Shown here: piece after piece, positions 9,385 to 19,117 of the stretch
Layout: each line of letters opens with the position of its first letter
How positions within the stretch are numbered: position 1 is the stretch's first letter
Virus record (IMG/VR): IMGVR_UViG_3300024520_000069
Coordinates: 930 to 64,929 of that record
Direction: 5' to 3' (one strand)
DNA from: a virus
Taxonomy: Duplodnaviria > Caudoviricetes
Length of the DNA stretch: 64,000 nt
Notes under the pieces: model-generated
What the model saw: only the letters and a program-made list of their open reading frames with translations
Databases searched by the model: none
Told to the model about the DNA's origin: nothing
Position numbers and translations under genes: made by a program

Positions 9385-9828
9385 ATGACTAAAAGAAAAA
9401 AGAAAACACATGGGCATTGGGATACAATCCTGACACTCAAGCCTGACACTGCATTTGGTTTCATCTACCTCGTAACCAACACAGTGTCAGGTAGGAAATA
9501 TGTGGGTAAGAAACAGTACTACTTCTACCGCAAAGGTAAGAAGGTGTCCAAGTCTAAATGGGAAACATATACTGGTTCATCTAAAGAGTTGAACAAGGAC
9601 ATCAAAGACCTTGGCAAGGATAAGTTCATCTTCGAAATCCTTGCAGAGTATATGACCCGTGGCTGGCTCACCTATGCAGAGGCAAACCTACAGCACAAGC
9701 GTGATGTCTTGACGACATACATGACTGATGATATGACGCCCCTCTACTACAATAAACAGATCGGTGCCATACGTTATATGCCTAAACGTATTGATGACCC
9801 TACCCCAGTGAAAAGGGTTAAGAAATGA
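9385..9828 (+). CDS. GIY-YIG endonuclease
   Basis: GFIYLVTNTVSGRKYVGKK...YTGS...E...YYN. Confidence 0.85.
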   Translation: MTKRKKKTHGHWDTILTLKPDTAFGFIYLVTNTVSGRKYVGKKQYYFYRKGKKVSKSKWETYTGSSKELNKDIKDLGKDKFIFEILAEYMTRGWLTYAEANLQHKRDVLTTYMTDDMTPLYYNKQIGAIRYMPKRIDDPTPVKRVKK

Positions 9829-10166
9829 AGGGTGCAGCAAACGGTCTATCAACGATTGAAGATATATTCTTCGCAACCAACACCAGTGAGGAGCGCGTCC
9901 TATTCCTCTCTGTGATACTACAAGCCTTGCTTGACGCTACCAAGCCAGCCTACCCTGAAGAACCTGAGAACGCTATCCTTGAGAGGGATCAGGCAAGGGC
10001 ATGGTTCGCTTCATCAGTTGGTGTGACAGCCAAGGACTTCATTGAAGTGTGTGAGCTTGCAGGGGTTGACCCTAGTTATACTAAGGGGTTTGCCTATAAG
10101 GTATTGGAGAGTGAGGAGGTTCCTTTTATTCGTAAGAGGATCAACGCATTACTTAGACATTCATAA
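9825..10166 (+). CDS. Conserved phage hypothetical protein
   Basis: LFLSVILQALLDA...ARAWF...DFIEVCELAGVDP pattern. Confidence 0.75.
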   Translation: MKGAANGLSTIEDIFFATNTSEERVLFLSVILQALLDATKPAYPEEPENAILERDQARAWFASSVGVTAKDFIEVCELAGVDPSYTKGFAYKVLESEEVPFIRKRINALLRHS

Positions 10167-10181
10167 TAAGGAGAATTAAGT

Positions 10182-10775
10182 ATGGCACTACAATGGGGAC
10201 GCCGATGTATGCATTGCAATGGCACTACAGAAGGGGTAGGGTCAGTACCTTACCTCTGTAGTAACTGTGGTGACCCAGCGTCACTAACTAAATGGATGGA
10301 AGATGATTTGAACGCTCGTTTCAGAGCAGTATGGGATAGTTATGAAGGAGATTTAGAGATGATGTTAACTAAAGAATCTATAGTGGGTGAGTTCCATGAG
10401 GCAATGGATAGTACACCCGAAATGTACAAGGACTTGATAGCCCTACGTATGAAGCTGATCAAGGAAGAAGCTGCTGAGGTATGTGATGCCCTCACTGACT
10501 TGGTCCTCTACAACAACGGTGACCTTGAAGGGCACAGGCGGCGTGAGGAACACCTCCTTAAAGAACTCTGTGACCTACAATATGTCTTGTCTGGTACAGT
10601 GTACGACTTAGGTTGGACAAGCGTCTTCAGCCCTGCATTTAACAGGGTACATAAGAGTAACATGAGTAAGTTGGGTGTGGATGGTAAACCCATCAAGCGT
10701 AAGGACGGTAAAGTATTGAAGGGGCCTAACTATGCCCCACCATATCTGGAGGATTTGATTGATGAACACAAGTAA
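10182..10775 (+). CDS. MazG/PRA-PH-like NTP pyrophosphohydrolase with N-terminal Zn-ribbon extension
   Basis: LIKEEAAE, KELCDLQYV, VHKSNMSK, DGKVLKGPNY. Confidence 0.88.
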   Translation: MALQWGRRCMHCNGTTEGVGSVPYLCSNCGDPASLTKWMEDDLNARFRAVWDSYEGDLEMMLTKESIVGEFHEAMDSTPEMYKDLIALRMKLIKEEAAEVCDALTDLVLYNNGDLEGHRRREEHLLKELCDLQYVLSGTVYDLGWTSVFSPAFNRVHKSNMSKLGVDGKPIKRKDGKVLKGPNYAPPYLEDLIDEHK

Positions 10776-13218
10776 TTACGGACCACAATTGGAAGCAGCC
10801 CAAGTACTTGATGCTGAGAAGTATCGTGGTGATGGCGAGTCTTTCTATGAGAAATGTTGTAGGCTTGCTGGTAAGTATGCTGACTATGAAGAGCATAGGG
10901 AGAAGCTACAGGACATCTTCCTTAACCAGAGGTTCTTGGCAGGTGGACGTATCCAAGCACCTAATGGGAGCAGCCACAACTGCTTCGTATCACAGACTAT
11001 TGAAGACAGCATGGACTCCATCATGGATGGGGCAGCTAAAGCAGCACAGACCATGCGTATGGGTGGAGGTATTGGTTATGACTTCAGTAAAATTAGGCCC
11101 AGTGGTGATCGTATTGTCTCTATTGATAGCTCTGCTTCTGGCCCCCTTTCCTTTATGGATATCTATGACGCTGTATGTAACACTATTGTTAGTGCTGGCC
11201 ACCGTCGTGGAGCTCAGATGGGGGTCCTCCGAGTAGATCATCCTGACATCCACAAGTTCTTGAGGGCCAAGCAGAACAACGGTAAGCTCACCAACTTCAA
11301 CATCAGTGTAGGCATCACTGACAAGTTCATGCAAGCAGTGGAAGACTGTGACTACTTTGATCTTGTCTTTGATGGTAGGGTATACGAGACAGTGGATGCT
11401 GGTGACCTGTGGGATGAGATCATGCGCTCCACATGGGACTGGGCTGAGCCGGGAGTCCTGTTCCTTGACAGGATTAATGAGATGAATAACCTCCACTACT
11501 GTGAGGACATACAGGCTACCAATCCTTGCTTACATCCTGACTCTATTGTTGAGACAGTGCATGGACGTGTGAAGATTAAGGACATCAAAGAACCAACACA
11601 AGTATACACTATGGATACGGACGGTTCTCTTGGTATTTCTGAAGCCACAGCTTCTTGGATATCTAAGAAGGGTGTCGAGACCATCAACGTAAACACCCGT
11701 AATGGTAAGACTGTACGTGTCACTAAAGACCACCTCATCCACACAGACAACGGCTGGAAACAGGCAGGACAGTTACGTGTGGGTGAACGGGTTACCCAGC
11801 TCTGTAGAGCACGGAGAGGTGTCGCTTACTCTGGTGTTAAATTAACTACAGAGGACAACCGAGCGTACAGGATGGAGCACCGTATGGTGGCCAACGCAGT
11901 CTATGGAGTCGGGGAAGGTGATGACGTACACCACATTGATGGGGATACTTACAATAACTCCATTGATAATCTTGAGGTTATGCCACATAGCTTACACAGC
12001 TATCTGACAGCAACACAGGACAATCCCCAGACACACCAACGCCACACTAAACTGGGAGACTTCAAAGCTACAGGTGTTACACCTAAGACTGTGATGCCTA
12101 TGCCAGAGGACCTTCGCTCTAACATGAAGAATCACTTCGGTAACTGCGTATCAAGCATCACTGAGGGTGAGGTAACGGATGTGTATGACCTGACTGTCTC
12201 AGGTACACATAACTTCATTGCTGATTTCACGGTGGTTCATAACTGTGCGGAACAACCGTTGCCACCTAATGGTGCTTGTCTGTTGGGTTCGTTTAACCTG
12301 ACTAAGTATGTACAGACTGCTGATCATTTAGAGATATCAGGTGATCATGAAGTATGGAGTAAATTACATATCTTCAACTGGGATCAGTTCAAGCATGACA
12401 TCCCCCATGTGGTGAGGATGATGGACAATGTTATTGACCTTGCCCAGTATCCCTTGCCTGAACAGGAGAATGAAGCTAAAGGTAAGCGTAGGATGGGCTT
12501 AGGTATCACAGGCTTAGCCAACGCTGGTGAGGCTGTGGCTGGTCAGTATGGTTCTGATGCGTTCATTCGCTTCACAGAAGATGTGATGTCTGCCCTACGT
12601 GACAACACATACCGTGCATCTGTGGCCTTGGCTATAGAGAAGGGATCGTTTGATCTGTTTGATCGTGATCAATACCTTGAGTCCCCATTCATTAAATGCT
12701 TACCGATGGATATCTATGATGACATTAACAAACACGGGATACGGAATAGCCACCTTCTTTCTATCGCTCCCACTGGCACTATTAGTTTCACTGCTGATAA
12801 CGTCAGTAGTGGGATTGAGCCAGTTTATTCCATCGTTACAGACAGAGTTGTCCAGAGACCTGATGGTCCAATCGTTGTTCGCCTTGAGGATTACGGTAAG
12901 AGAGTCTTCGGCGTTGATGGTATTGTGGCTGACGCCCTGCTTGTGGATGAACATCTTCATGTCCTCCTTGCTGTTCAAAAGTACGTTGATAGTTCCGTTA
13001 GTAAAACTGTTAACGTTGGTGGGCATGTAACCTTCAATGAGTTCAAGGACATCTACATGAAAGCCTATCATGGTGGGGCTAAAGGCTGCACCACATTCAG
13101 GGCAAGTGGTAAGAGGTTCGGACAAGTCCTCACTGCTGTTGATACTGAAGAAGAAGAACTTGCTGAAGGTACAGCTTGTTTCATTGATCCAACCACAGGT
13201 AATAAGGAGTGTTCATAA
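10762..13218 (+). CDS. nrdJ: Class II (B12-dependent) ribonucleotide reductase, intein-containing
   Basis: NCFV, RRGAQM, NP[intein]CAEQPL, RRMGLG, APTGTIS, KGCTTFR (no class I YY), C-terminal Cys pair; no nrdB present. Confidence 0.93.
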   Translation: MNTSNYGPQLEAAQVLDAEKYRGDGESFYEKCCRLAGKYADYEEHREKLQDIFLNQRFLAGGRIQAPNGSSHNCFVSQTIEDSMDSIMDGAAKAAQTMRMGGGIGYDFSKIRPSGDRIVSIDSSASGPLSFMDIYDAVCNTIVSAGHRRGAQMGVLRVDHPDIHKFLRAKQNNGKLTNFNISVGITDKFMQAVEDCDYFDLVFDGRVYETVDAGDLWDEIMRSTWDWAEPGVLFLDRINEMNNLHYCEDIQATNPCLHPDSIVETVHGRVKIKDIKEPTQVYTMDTDGSLGISEATASWISKKGVETINVNTRNGKTVRVTKDHLIHTDNGWKQAGQLRVGERVTQLCRARRGVAYSGVKLTTEDNRAYRMEHRMVANAVYGVGEGDDVHHIDGDTYNNSIDNLEVMPHSLHSYLTATQDNPQTHQRHTKLGDFKATGVTPKTVMPMPEDLRSNMKNHFGNCVSSITEGEVTDVYDLTVSGTHNFIADFTVVHNCAEQPLPPNGACLLGSFNLTKYVQTADHLEISGDHEVWSKLHIFNWDQFKHDIPHVVRMMDNVIDLAQYPLPEQENEAKGKRRMGLGITGLANAGEAVAGQYGSDAFIRFTEDVMSALRDNTYRASVALAIEKGSFDLFDRDQYLESPFIKCLPMDIYDDINKHGIRNSHLLSIAPTGTISFTADNVSSGIEPVYSIVTDRVVQRPDGPIVVRLEDYGKRVFGVDGIVADALLVDEHLHVLLAVQKYVDSSVSKTVNVGGHVTFNEFKDIYMKAYHGGAKGCTTFRASGKRFGQVLTAVDTEEEELAEGTACFIDPTTGNKECS
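11527..12243 (+). mobile_element. Intein (239 aa) with HNH endonuclease, in the RNR active site
   Basis: Begins CLHPDS, block B TKDH, ends VYDLTV..HNFIAD..VVHN before +1 Cys; internal EHR..VHHIDGDTYNNSIDNL. Confidence 0.93.
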
Positions 13219-13219
13219 C

Positions 13220-13408
13220 ATGACATCACCAATAGAACATGCAAGACTTGAGACATTGGCTGGACGTAAGATAGCCAAGCATGATGTACTAGCACATCTA
13301 CGCAGACTTAACATCGACAAAGGTACGGCAGGTATGGAAGATACTTATCAAGGAGGATATCATGCAATGCTCAGGGAAATCACCTTAGCTGTGGAGAAAA
13401 TCCCTTGA
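13220..13408 (+). CDS. Hypothetical protein
   Basis: AAGGAG RBS, ATG 13220. Confidence 0.65.
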   Translation: MTSPIEHARLETLAGRKIAKHDVLAHLRRLNIDKGTAGMEDTYQGGYHAMLREITLAVEKIP

Positions 13409-13433
13409 CATGTATGCCTGACTAGTGTACATT
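13405..13433 (+). promoter_or_regulatory. sigma70-type promoter for the radical SAM/GT operon
   Basis: TTGACA-17nt-TACATT. Confidence 0.7.
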
Positions 13434-13473
13434 CTAACCATAGCCTACCAATTGCTATAAGTTGTGGACTACC

Positions 13474-13512
13474 GAGGAGTGGCAGGGTTTCCTCCTTTAC
13501 TTGCCACTCCTC
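13474..13512 (+). ncRNA. 13-bp hairpin with anti-SD loop (GTTTCCTCCTTTA); candidate sRNA or leader element
   Basis: GAGGAGTGGCAGG pairs with CTTGCCACTCCTC. Confidence 0.5.
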
Positions 13513-13548
13513 TAATACTTTAAAGGACATATAAAGGATTAAGACAAT

Positions 13549-14490
13549 ATGGCTTATACTATCACAGACAAGATCGACAACATCACAGGCATCCACGATA
13601 ACTACCGCATCCCTAACCCTCCCCCACCCATCAGTGTTAAGATTGAACTGACAGGTAAGTGTAACTTCCGTTGCGCCTTCTGTGCTACATCTGACCACAA
13701 GCGCCCCATGGCAGAGATGGATCGTGGCCTGTACAGTGCAGTCCTTGATGAGCTTATGGATTGTGGTGTTAAAGAGGTGGGTATGTTCTACCTTGGTGAG
13801 TCTATGATGGTTAAGTGGCTCCCTGAAGCTATTGCAGAAGCTAAGGATAAGGGCTTTGAGTATGTCTTTCTCACAACTAATGGCTCCCTGTCCTCGCCTG
13901 ATAAAGTAGAGGCGTGTATGGGTGCTGGACTTGACTCCCTCAAGTTCTCTCTTAACTATGCCGATGCTGAGCAGTTCGCTGAAGTGGCACGGGTTAAGAA
14001 GAGCCTGTTCAATGTCATGCTTAACAACATCAAAGCTGCCCATGATGTTAGGGAAGCTAATGGGTTTGACTGTGGCCTGTACGCATCATACATTGACCTT
14101 GATGCTACACAGGATGACAAGATGAAGGCCCTCCTTGATGAGCTTGACCCATACCTTGATGAAGCCTACTCACTCCCCCTGTACTCACAGGCTGATGAGA
14201 CTGGTGCTGACAACGTAGGTCGTGGTTGGGATGTGAAGGCTGGTAATCCCGGTAGGGCTGGTAATATGCGTGAGCCTGTACCGTGCTGGTCATTGTTCTC
14301 AGAGACACGTATCACATGGGATGGTCGTGTTGCTGCATGCTGCTTCGATCATGAGCACAAGTTTGATATGGGTCCAGCCATTCCATTCATGGAGTCATGG
14401 CACTCAGATAAGTTCCAAGCCCTTCGCGCTGCACATCTTAAGAAGGATGTTGCTGGTACTGAGTGTGAAGCCTGTGTGGCCTATGGGTAA
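13549..14490 (+). CDS. Radical SAM protein with SPASM/twitch domain
   Basis: CNFRCAFC, GES, TTNG, C-terminal CWSL..ITWDGRVAACC..CEAC. Confidence 0.95.
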   Translation: MAYTITDKIDNITGIHDNYRIPNPPPPISVKIELTGKCNFRCAFCATSDHKRPMAEMDRGLYSAVLDELMDCGVKEVGMFYLGESMMVKWLPEAIAEAKDKGFEYVFLTTNGSLSSPDKVEACMGAGLDSLKFSLNYADAEQFAEVARVKKSLFNVMLNNIKAAHDVREANGFDCGLYASYIDLDATQDDKMKALLDELDPYLDEAYSLPLYSQADETGADNVGRGWDVKAGNPGRAGNMREPVPCWSLFSETRITWDGRVAACCFDHEHKFDMGPAIPFMESWHSDKFQALRAAHLKKDVAGTECEACVAYG

Positions 14491-14659
14491 TTCTTTTAAG
14501 GTTAAGATAGAAACTGAACGGAACGATACAGAACAGTGCTATAACCACAAACTAACAGTAAACTATCCACACCATGTAGTGTATTCGCCAAAGGTAGTTT
14601 TCACTGATGAGTATCTTGAAGAACAAGGTTTAACCATAGAGGATATATTGAAGATATGA
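14483..14659 (+). CDS. Hypothetical protein
   Basis: ATG 14483; ATGA overlap with next gene. Confidence 0.55.
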   Translation: MGNSFKVKIETERNDTEQCYNHKLTVNYPHHVVYSPKVVFTDEYLEEQGLTIEDILKI

Positions 14660-15453
14660 CATATAACATTTACATAGGCTATGATCCACGGGAGGACTTG
14701 GCATATAAGGTACTTGTCAAGTCTATCATGGACACAGCTTCCATGGGTGGTGATATTAATATTATCCCTATCATGAGGGAGAATCTACGACATGCTGGTA
14801 TCTATAAGAGGGGACATATGGATGTTGATGGTCAATGTTATGATGCCCTTGATGAGCGACCATTCTCCACACAGTTCTCCTTCACCCGCTTCTTAGTACC
14901 AGTGCTCCAACAGTATCAAGGCTGGGCATTGTTCATGGACTGTGACATGTACTTGAGGACGGATATACGTAACTTGTTCGACCTGTACTGTGACGATGAT
15001 CGTGCCTTACTGTGCGTCCAGCATGACTATGAGCCGAGGTTTAGTAGGAAGATGGATAACCAGATACAGGAGTGTTACAGTAGGAAGAACTGGTCTTCAT
15101 TTGTCCTATGGAACTGTGGTCACGTAGCTAACAGGGCCTTGACTATGAAGGCAGTTAATGAACATACAGGCGCATGGCTCCATAACTTTAACTGGATTGA
15201 AGATGATGACTTGATTGGACATCTCCCTGAAGAATGGAACTGGCTTGATCACTGGTCCCCTGAAACTATTGATGCTAAGAACGTACACTTCACAACTGGT
15301 GGTCCCTTCTTCAGGGATTGGAAGCCTTCTAAGAATTGTGAGGTAAGGTACGCTGCTGAGTGGAACCATCTAGCTAAGGATATTGAGTCGAAGAACTTAG
15401 CTAAATTAATACCAGAATACACACCATACTGTTCATCTTTTGGAGACACATAA
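14656..15453 (+). CDS. GT-A fold glycosyltransferase
   Basis: IYIGYDPRE, STQFSFTRFLVP, FMDCD (DxD), RKNWSS, EWNWL, HFTTGGP. Confidence 0.9.
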   Translation: MTYNIYIGYDPREDLAYKVLVKSIMDTASMGGDINIIPIMRENLRHAGIYKRGHMDVDGQCYDALDERPFSTQFSFTRFLVPVLQQYQGWALFMDCDMYLRTDIRNLFDLYCDDDRALLCVQHDYEPRFSRKMDNQIQECYSRKNWSSFVLWNCGHVANRALTMKAVNEHTGAWLHNFNWIEDDDLIGHLPEEWNWLDHWSPETIDAKNVHFTTGGPFFRDWKPSKNCEVRYAAEWNHLAKDIESKNLAKLIPEYTPYCSSFGDT

Positions 15454-17736
15454 ATGATAACAATAGTAACATCTATTCATAAGGACGGTATGGACACATA
15501 CGGTCTCAACATGCTCAAGGCTGCTGAGAAGTATTGGAGTAAGAACCTTAAGCTCATCGTATGGTATCATGACTTTGACATTGATAGCTACGATGTACCC
15601 CAATCCAAGAACATTACCTATCGTAACCTCAACCATATTGAGGACATGATCCAGTACCGTAAGGAGATGAAGGGTAACGATGGTACTCAGCATGGTAAGA
15701 ACCCATACAACTGGCGGCTTGATGCTATCAAGTGGTGCCATAAAGTATATGCCATGACAGAGCAAGCCTTTGAAATGAGCGAGGCATCTGTTGATGCTGG
15801 CTGGTTGATCTGGCTTGATGCTGATACCATCACCCATACTAAGCTGAGTGAGGCTGACCTCAAGCCATTCCTACCAGAAGGTAAAGCCTTCGTACACCTT
15901 GGACGTACTGCCACTGACTATAGTGAGACATCCTTCATGGGCTTTAACCTCAAGTATGAGGCACCCCTTAAGATGTTGGGCGACCTACGTGGCATCTATA
16001 ACTCCAAGGAGGTTGTATCTTATAGGGAGTGGCATGATGGGTTCATCATTGAGAGGCTCATCAATCAGTATAGGGCACATGGCATGCCTGTCCTTAATCT
16101 TACACCTGAGTGTGAGACCCTTGATGCCTTTGGTGATTCCCCCTTGGCTAAATGGATGACACACTTCAAGGGTGACCTGAAGTTCAAGAGCCTTGGTGCT
16201 GGTGAGGTATCCCCTGATGTGGTAGGGCCTAAGAGATATAAACAGCTTGCTGACCTCATCAGACACTACGAAGCTAAGTCTGTTGTAGAGTGTGGCACAT
16301 GGAATGGTGGTCGTGCCATTGAGATGGCATTGGCAGGGTTTGAGCATAGTGACACATTCTCATATGATGGGTATGACCTGTTCGAAGATGCTACGGCAGA
16401 GAGTGATGTGTTGGAGATGAATACTAAAGCACACAACAGTCTTGAAGCTGTGACTGGTAGACTTAACGCCTTCAAGGATAAGATGGCTGAGGAAGAGAAA
16501 GACTTTAATTTCTCTTTAACTAAGGGTGATACTAAAGAGACTATAAAGAGTGGCTCATTAACCTATGACCTTGCCTACATCGACGGTGGTCACTCATACG
16601 AGACATGTCGTTCAGACTATAATATGCTGAAGCACATCCCTGTCGTGGTCATGGATGATTATTTCTCAGCAGATAAAGATGGAAAGGTAGCACCAGATGA
16701 GCATCTCGGCACTAACAAAGTTATGGAGAACGATATTGAAAAAGGTCTCCGACGCGCTATCCTACCCTCATCCGATCCTGTATTGGGAGGTGGGATCACA
16801 CACCTTGCTGTTGTCTTAGCTGATCCTGATTTCCCTGATGTGCCTGTTGATCTCTTAAGGGTTCCTATTGTTATCAACCCTAAAGACTGTATGCCTGTGG
16901 AGTACATCCATAACAATGTGAAGGAGAACTATAAGCTCCTCCCAGAATGGGACTGGCTCAAGAAGTGTTCCACATCTACCACACCTGTGATCGTCATCAG
17001 TGGCGGTAGTAGTGTGGACTTCGCAGAGGTTAAGGCTGTGAGGAAGAAACATAAGGACGCCATCGTTGTCTGCATCAAGCATGCCTATCCTAAGCTCCTG
17101 AAGCATGGCATCGTGCCAGACTACTGTGTCATCCTTGACCCACGTCCTATCACTGGGCTGAGTACACATGGTATCTTACGCAAAGACTTGTTCAAGAAGG
17201 TTAATAAGAAGACCAAGTTCCTGTTGGCCAGCATGACTGATCCATCTGTGACAAGTCACCTCCTTGAGAAGGGTGCTGATGTGAGGGCATGGCATGCCTA
17301 CACTGATGCCATCATGGACATGGAGAACCTTGACAAGATGATGGTACACCCAGACCTCCCCATCCCTAACAATACTACATTAGTTACAGGGGGAACCAGT
17401 GCCGCTATGAGGGCTATTGGGATGTTCCATATCTTTGGCTTTAGGGTGTTCCACCTGTTCGGCTTTGACTCCTCAGTACCAGAGGAGGACATGAGTGATG
17501 ACATGAATGCTGAGACCACAGAAGATGGTCGGCCTAAGTACTTCAAGGTAGAGATTGATGGTGACGTGTATAACACCACTGGTGAACTACTTGCCATGGC
17601 TCAAGACTGTGAGAAGCTGTTCGATAGGGAAGATGTGGATGTTAACTACATCTTCCATGGTAGGGATACCCTGATCTCTTCAGTGTATCGTATCTCTCGT
17701 AAGGCCCTTGAAGTTAAGTTTGAGGACTTGTTATAG
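15454..17736 (+). CDS. Three-domain enzyme: GT-A glycosyltransferase + class I SAM methyltransferase + DUF115 (Maf/MptE-like)
   Basis: HKVYA..WLDADT..EWHD..HFKG; VECGTWNG..GYDLF..YIDGGHS..VMDD; VISGGSS..IVPDYCVILDP..GGTSA..HLFGFD. Confidence 0.85.
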   Translation: MITIVTSIHKDGMDTYGLNMLKAAEKYWSKNLKLIVWYHDFDIDSYDVPQSKNITYRNLNHIEDMIQYRKEMKGNDGTQHGKNPYNWRLDAIKWCHKVYAMTEQAFEMSEASVDAGWLIWLDADTITHTKLSEADLKPFLPEGKAFVHLGRTATDYSETSFMGFNLKYEAPLKMLGDLRGIYNSKEVVSYREWHDGFIIERLINQYRAHGMPVLNLTPECETLDAFGDSPLAKWMTHFKGDLKFKSLGAGEVSPDVVGPKRYKQLADLIRHYEAKSVVECGTWNGGRAIEMALAGFEHSDTFSYDGYDLFEDATAESDVLEMNTKAHNSLEAVTGRLNAFKDKMAEEEKDFNFSLTKGDTKETIKSGSLTYDLAYIDGGHSYETCRSDYNMLKHIPVVVMDDYFSADKDGKVAPDEHLGTNKVMENDIEKGLRRAILPSSDPVLGGGITHLAVVLADPDFPDVPVDLLRVPIVINPKDCMPVEYIHNNVKENYKLLPEWDWLKKCSTSTTPVIVISGGSSVDFAEVKAVRKKHKDAIVVCIKHAYPKLLKHGIVPDYCVILDPRPITGLSTHGILRKDLFKKVNKKTKFLLASMTDPSVTSHLLEKGADVRAWHAYTDAIMDMENLDKMMVHPDLPIPNNTTLVTGGTSAAMRAIGMFHIFGFRVFHLFGFDSSVPEEDMSDDMNAETTEDGRPKYFKVEIDGDVYNTTGELLAMAQDCEKLFDREDVDVNYIFHGRDTLISSVYRISRKALEVKFEDLL

Positions 17737-17737
17737 G

Positions 17738-18157
17738 ATGGCTAACTTAGGACCACTCAATGAGAAGCAGGAGAAGTTCTGTCAAGCCTATGTCCTGACA
17801 CAGAATGGTGCAGCAGCAGCCCGTGAGGCAGGGTATGCTACTAAGTCTGCATCAGTGACAGGATATAAGCTGATGAAGGATGAGAGGATCAAGCTACGTA
17901 TTGAAGACTTGGGTAAGGAGATGACAACAGAGATTGATGTTGTCACTGAACTTGAGAAGCAATACACTGCTGCACAACAACAGGGGCAAGGACAGGTAAG
18001 TCTTAAAGCCCTTGAACTCTTGTCGCGTGTGCGGGGTAATGCAGCCGATGAAGACCTCACAAATCCCCTCATCCTTGAGAAGAATATTGTGAGATGTCTT
18101 GAGATACTTGGGGCTGATAAGGTTAACGAATTATTGGAGAGGTGTAGCTTTGACTGA
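17738..18157 (+). CDS. terS: Terminase small subunit-like protein
   Basis: LNEKQEKFCQAY..NGAAAAREAGY..KLMKDERI, ALELL. Confidence 0.8.
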   Translation: MANLGPLNEKQEKFCQAYVLTQNGAAAAREAGYATKSASVTGYKLMKDERIKLRIEDLGKEMTTEIDVVTELEKQYTAAQQQGQGQVSLKALELLSRVRGNAADEDLTNPLILEKNIVRCLEILGADKVNELLERCSFD

Positions 18158-18311
18158 ACATGTAGACACATTCAAAACAAAACCCTCAACGGATAAGTAT
18201 CGTAGAGGCTATGATGTAATCTGGATTAAGAGAGGAACAGGGCTGTCTCAGAAACCCGTCGTCTTACAAGCCCCTTCAATACCCTCCCAGAAGCCATCCT
18301 CCACTTCTTAA
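18150..18311 (+). CDS. Small protein (STDKYRRGYDVIW motif) overlapping the 3' end of the lysozyme gene
   Basis: GGAGAGG RBS then TTG start. Confidence 0.45.
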   Translation: MTEHVDTFKTKPSTDKYRRGYDVIWIKRGTGLSQKPVVLQAPSIPSQKPSSTS

Positions 18312-18666
18312 ACTCTTGTGAGGCACCCCAGTAGTCATACCTATTCAGCTTCATACGAAGGGTTGAACTTTGGAAGTTCCCAGACCCGACGTTATATATA
18401 AAGGAGCATAGGGATGAGTACTGGTCCTCATTTAATGGTACGTTGACCAGCCTACGGATGGCACTATAGACATGCCTTAACTCCCTACGTAAGAGGGCCT
18501 CACCATAGTCCTCAGTGATGAACGTGTGATCCCCTGTGATAGGTGAACCATCCATCTCCCATGTACTCCCATATCCTATAGTCCACACATTTGCTGGACA
18601 ACGATATGGCGTGGCAGACCAACCTTCAAATGCTTTGATGATGGCGAGTCCTTCACTGTTGATCAT
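18226..18666 (-). CDS. Endolysin, GH24 phage lysozyme
   Basis: IKAFEG..YRCPANVWTIGYG..FIYNVG..GLVRRR. Confidence 0.95.
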   Translation of the reverse strand: MINSEGLAIIKAFEGWSATPYRCPANVWTIGYGSTWEMDGSPITGDHTFITEDYGEALLRRELRHVYSAIRRLVNVPLNEDQYSSLCSFIYNVGSGNFQSSTLRMKLNRYDYWGASQEFKKWRMASGRVLKGLVRRRVSETALFLS

Positions 18667-18668
18667 GA

Positions 18669-19112
18669 CTACTTATTCCACTTACTCATAAGCCTCTGAC
18701 CAAACCAGAAGGACAGGACAGCAGCGAAGATGGCTTGCATCTCAGGGTTCCAGATATCATTGTACTGTGCCATGGTCATGTAGTCGAAGTTGACTGCAAG
18801 GGATAGGCCAATGAACTCAAGGAAGAATACATACGTAATAATTGGACGTACTGTGGCACTGAGATTGATCACCCACTGTGATGCCTTACGTGTGATAGAA
18901 GCATGCTCCTTATGTAGGGACTCCACCTCACGTATGTCACCCTCCACAGCCATCATCTGCATCTTCTGTGCGCCAAGCTGTAGCTGTATCTTGGACTGCT
19001 CTACCATGAGCTTGAGTTCATGTGCCTTGTCCTGCTTGTCTTGGAAGTAGTCAAGTATCTTAGGGACGAAAGATGTGCCAAAGCCAAGGAGGCTACCTAT
19101 TAGTGAAAGCAT
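18669..19112 (-). CDS. Putative holin (3-TM type)
   Basis: VRPIITY..FWFGQR; adjacent to endolysin. Confidence 0.75.
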   Translation of the reverse strand: MLSLIGSLLGFGTSFVPKILDYFQDKQDKAHELKLMVEQSKIQLQLGAQKMQMMAVEGDIREVESLHKEHASITRKASQWVINLSATVRPIITYVFFLEFIGLSLAVNFDYMTMAQYNDIWNPEMQAIFAAVLSFWFGQRLMSKWNK

Positions 19113-19117
19113 GTCTA

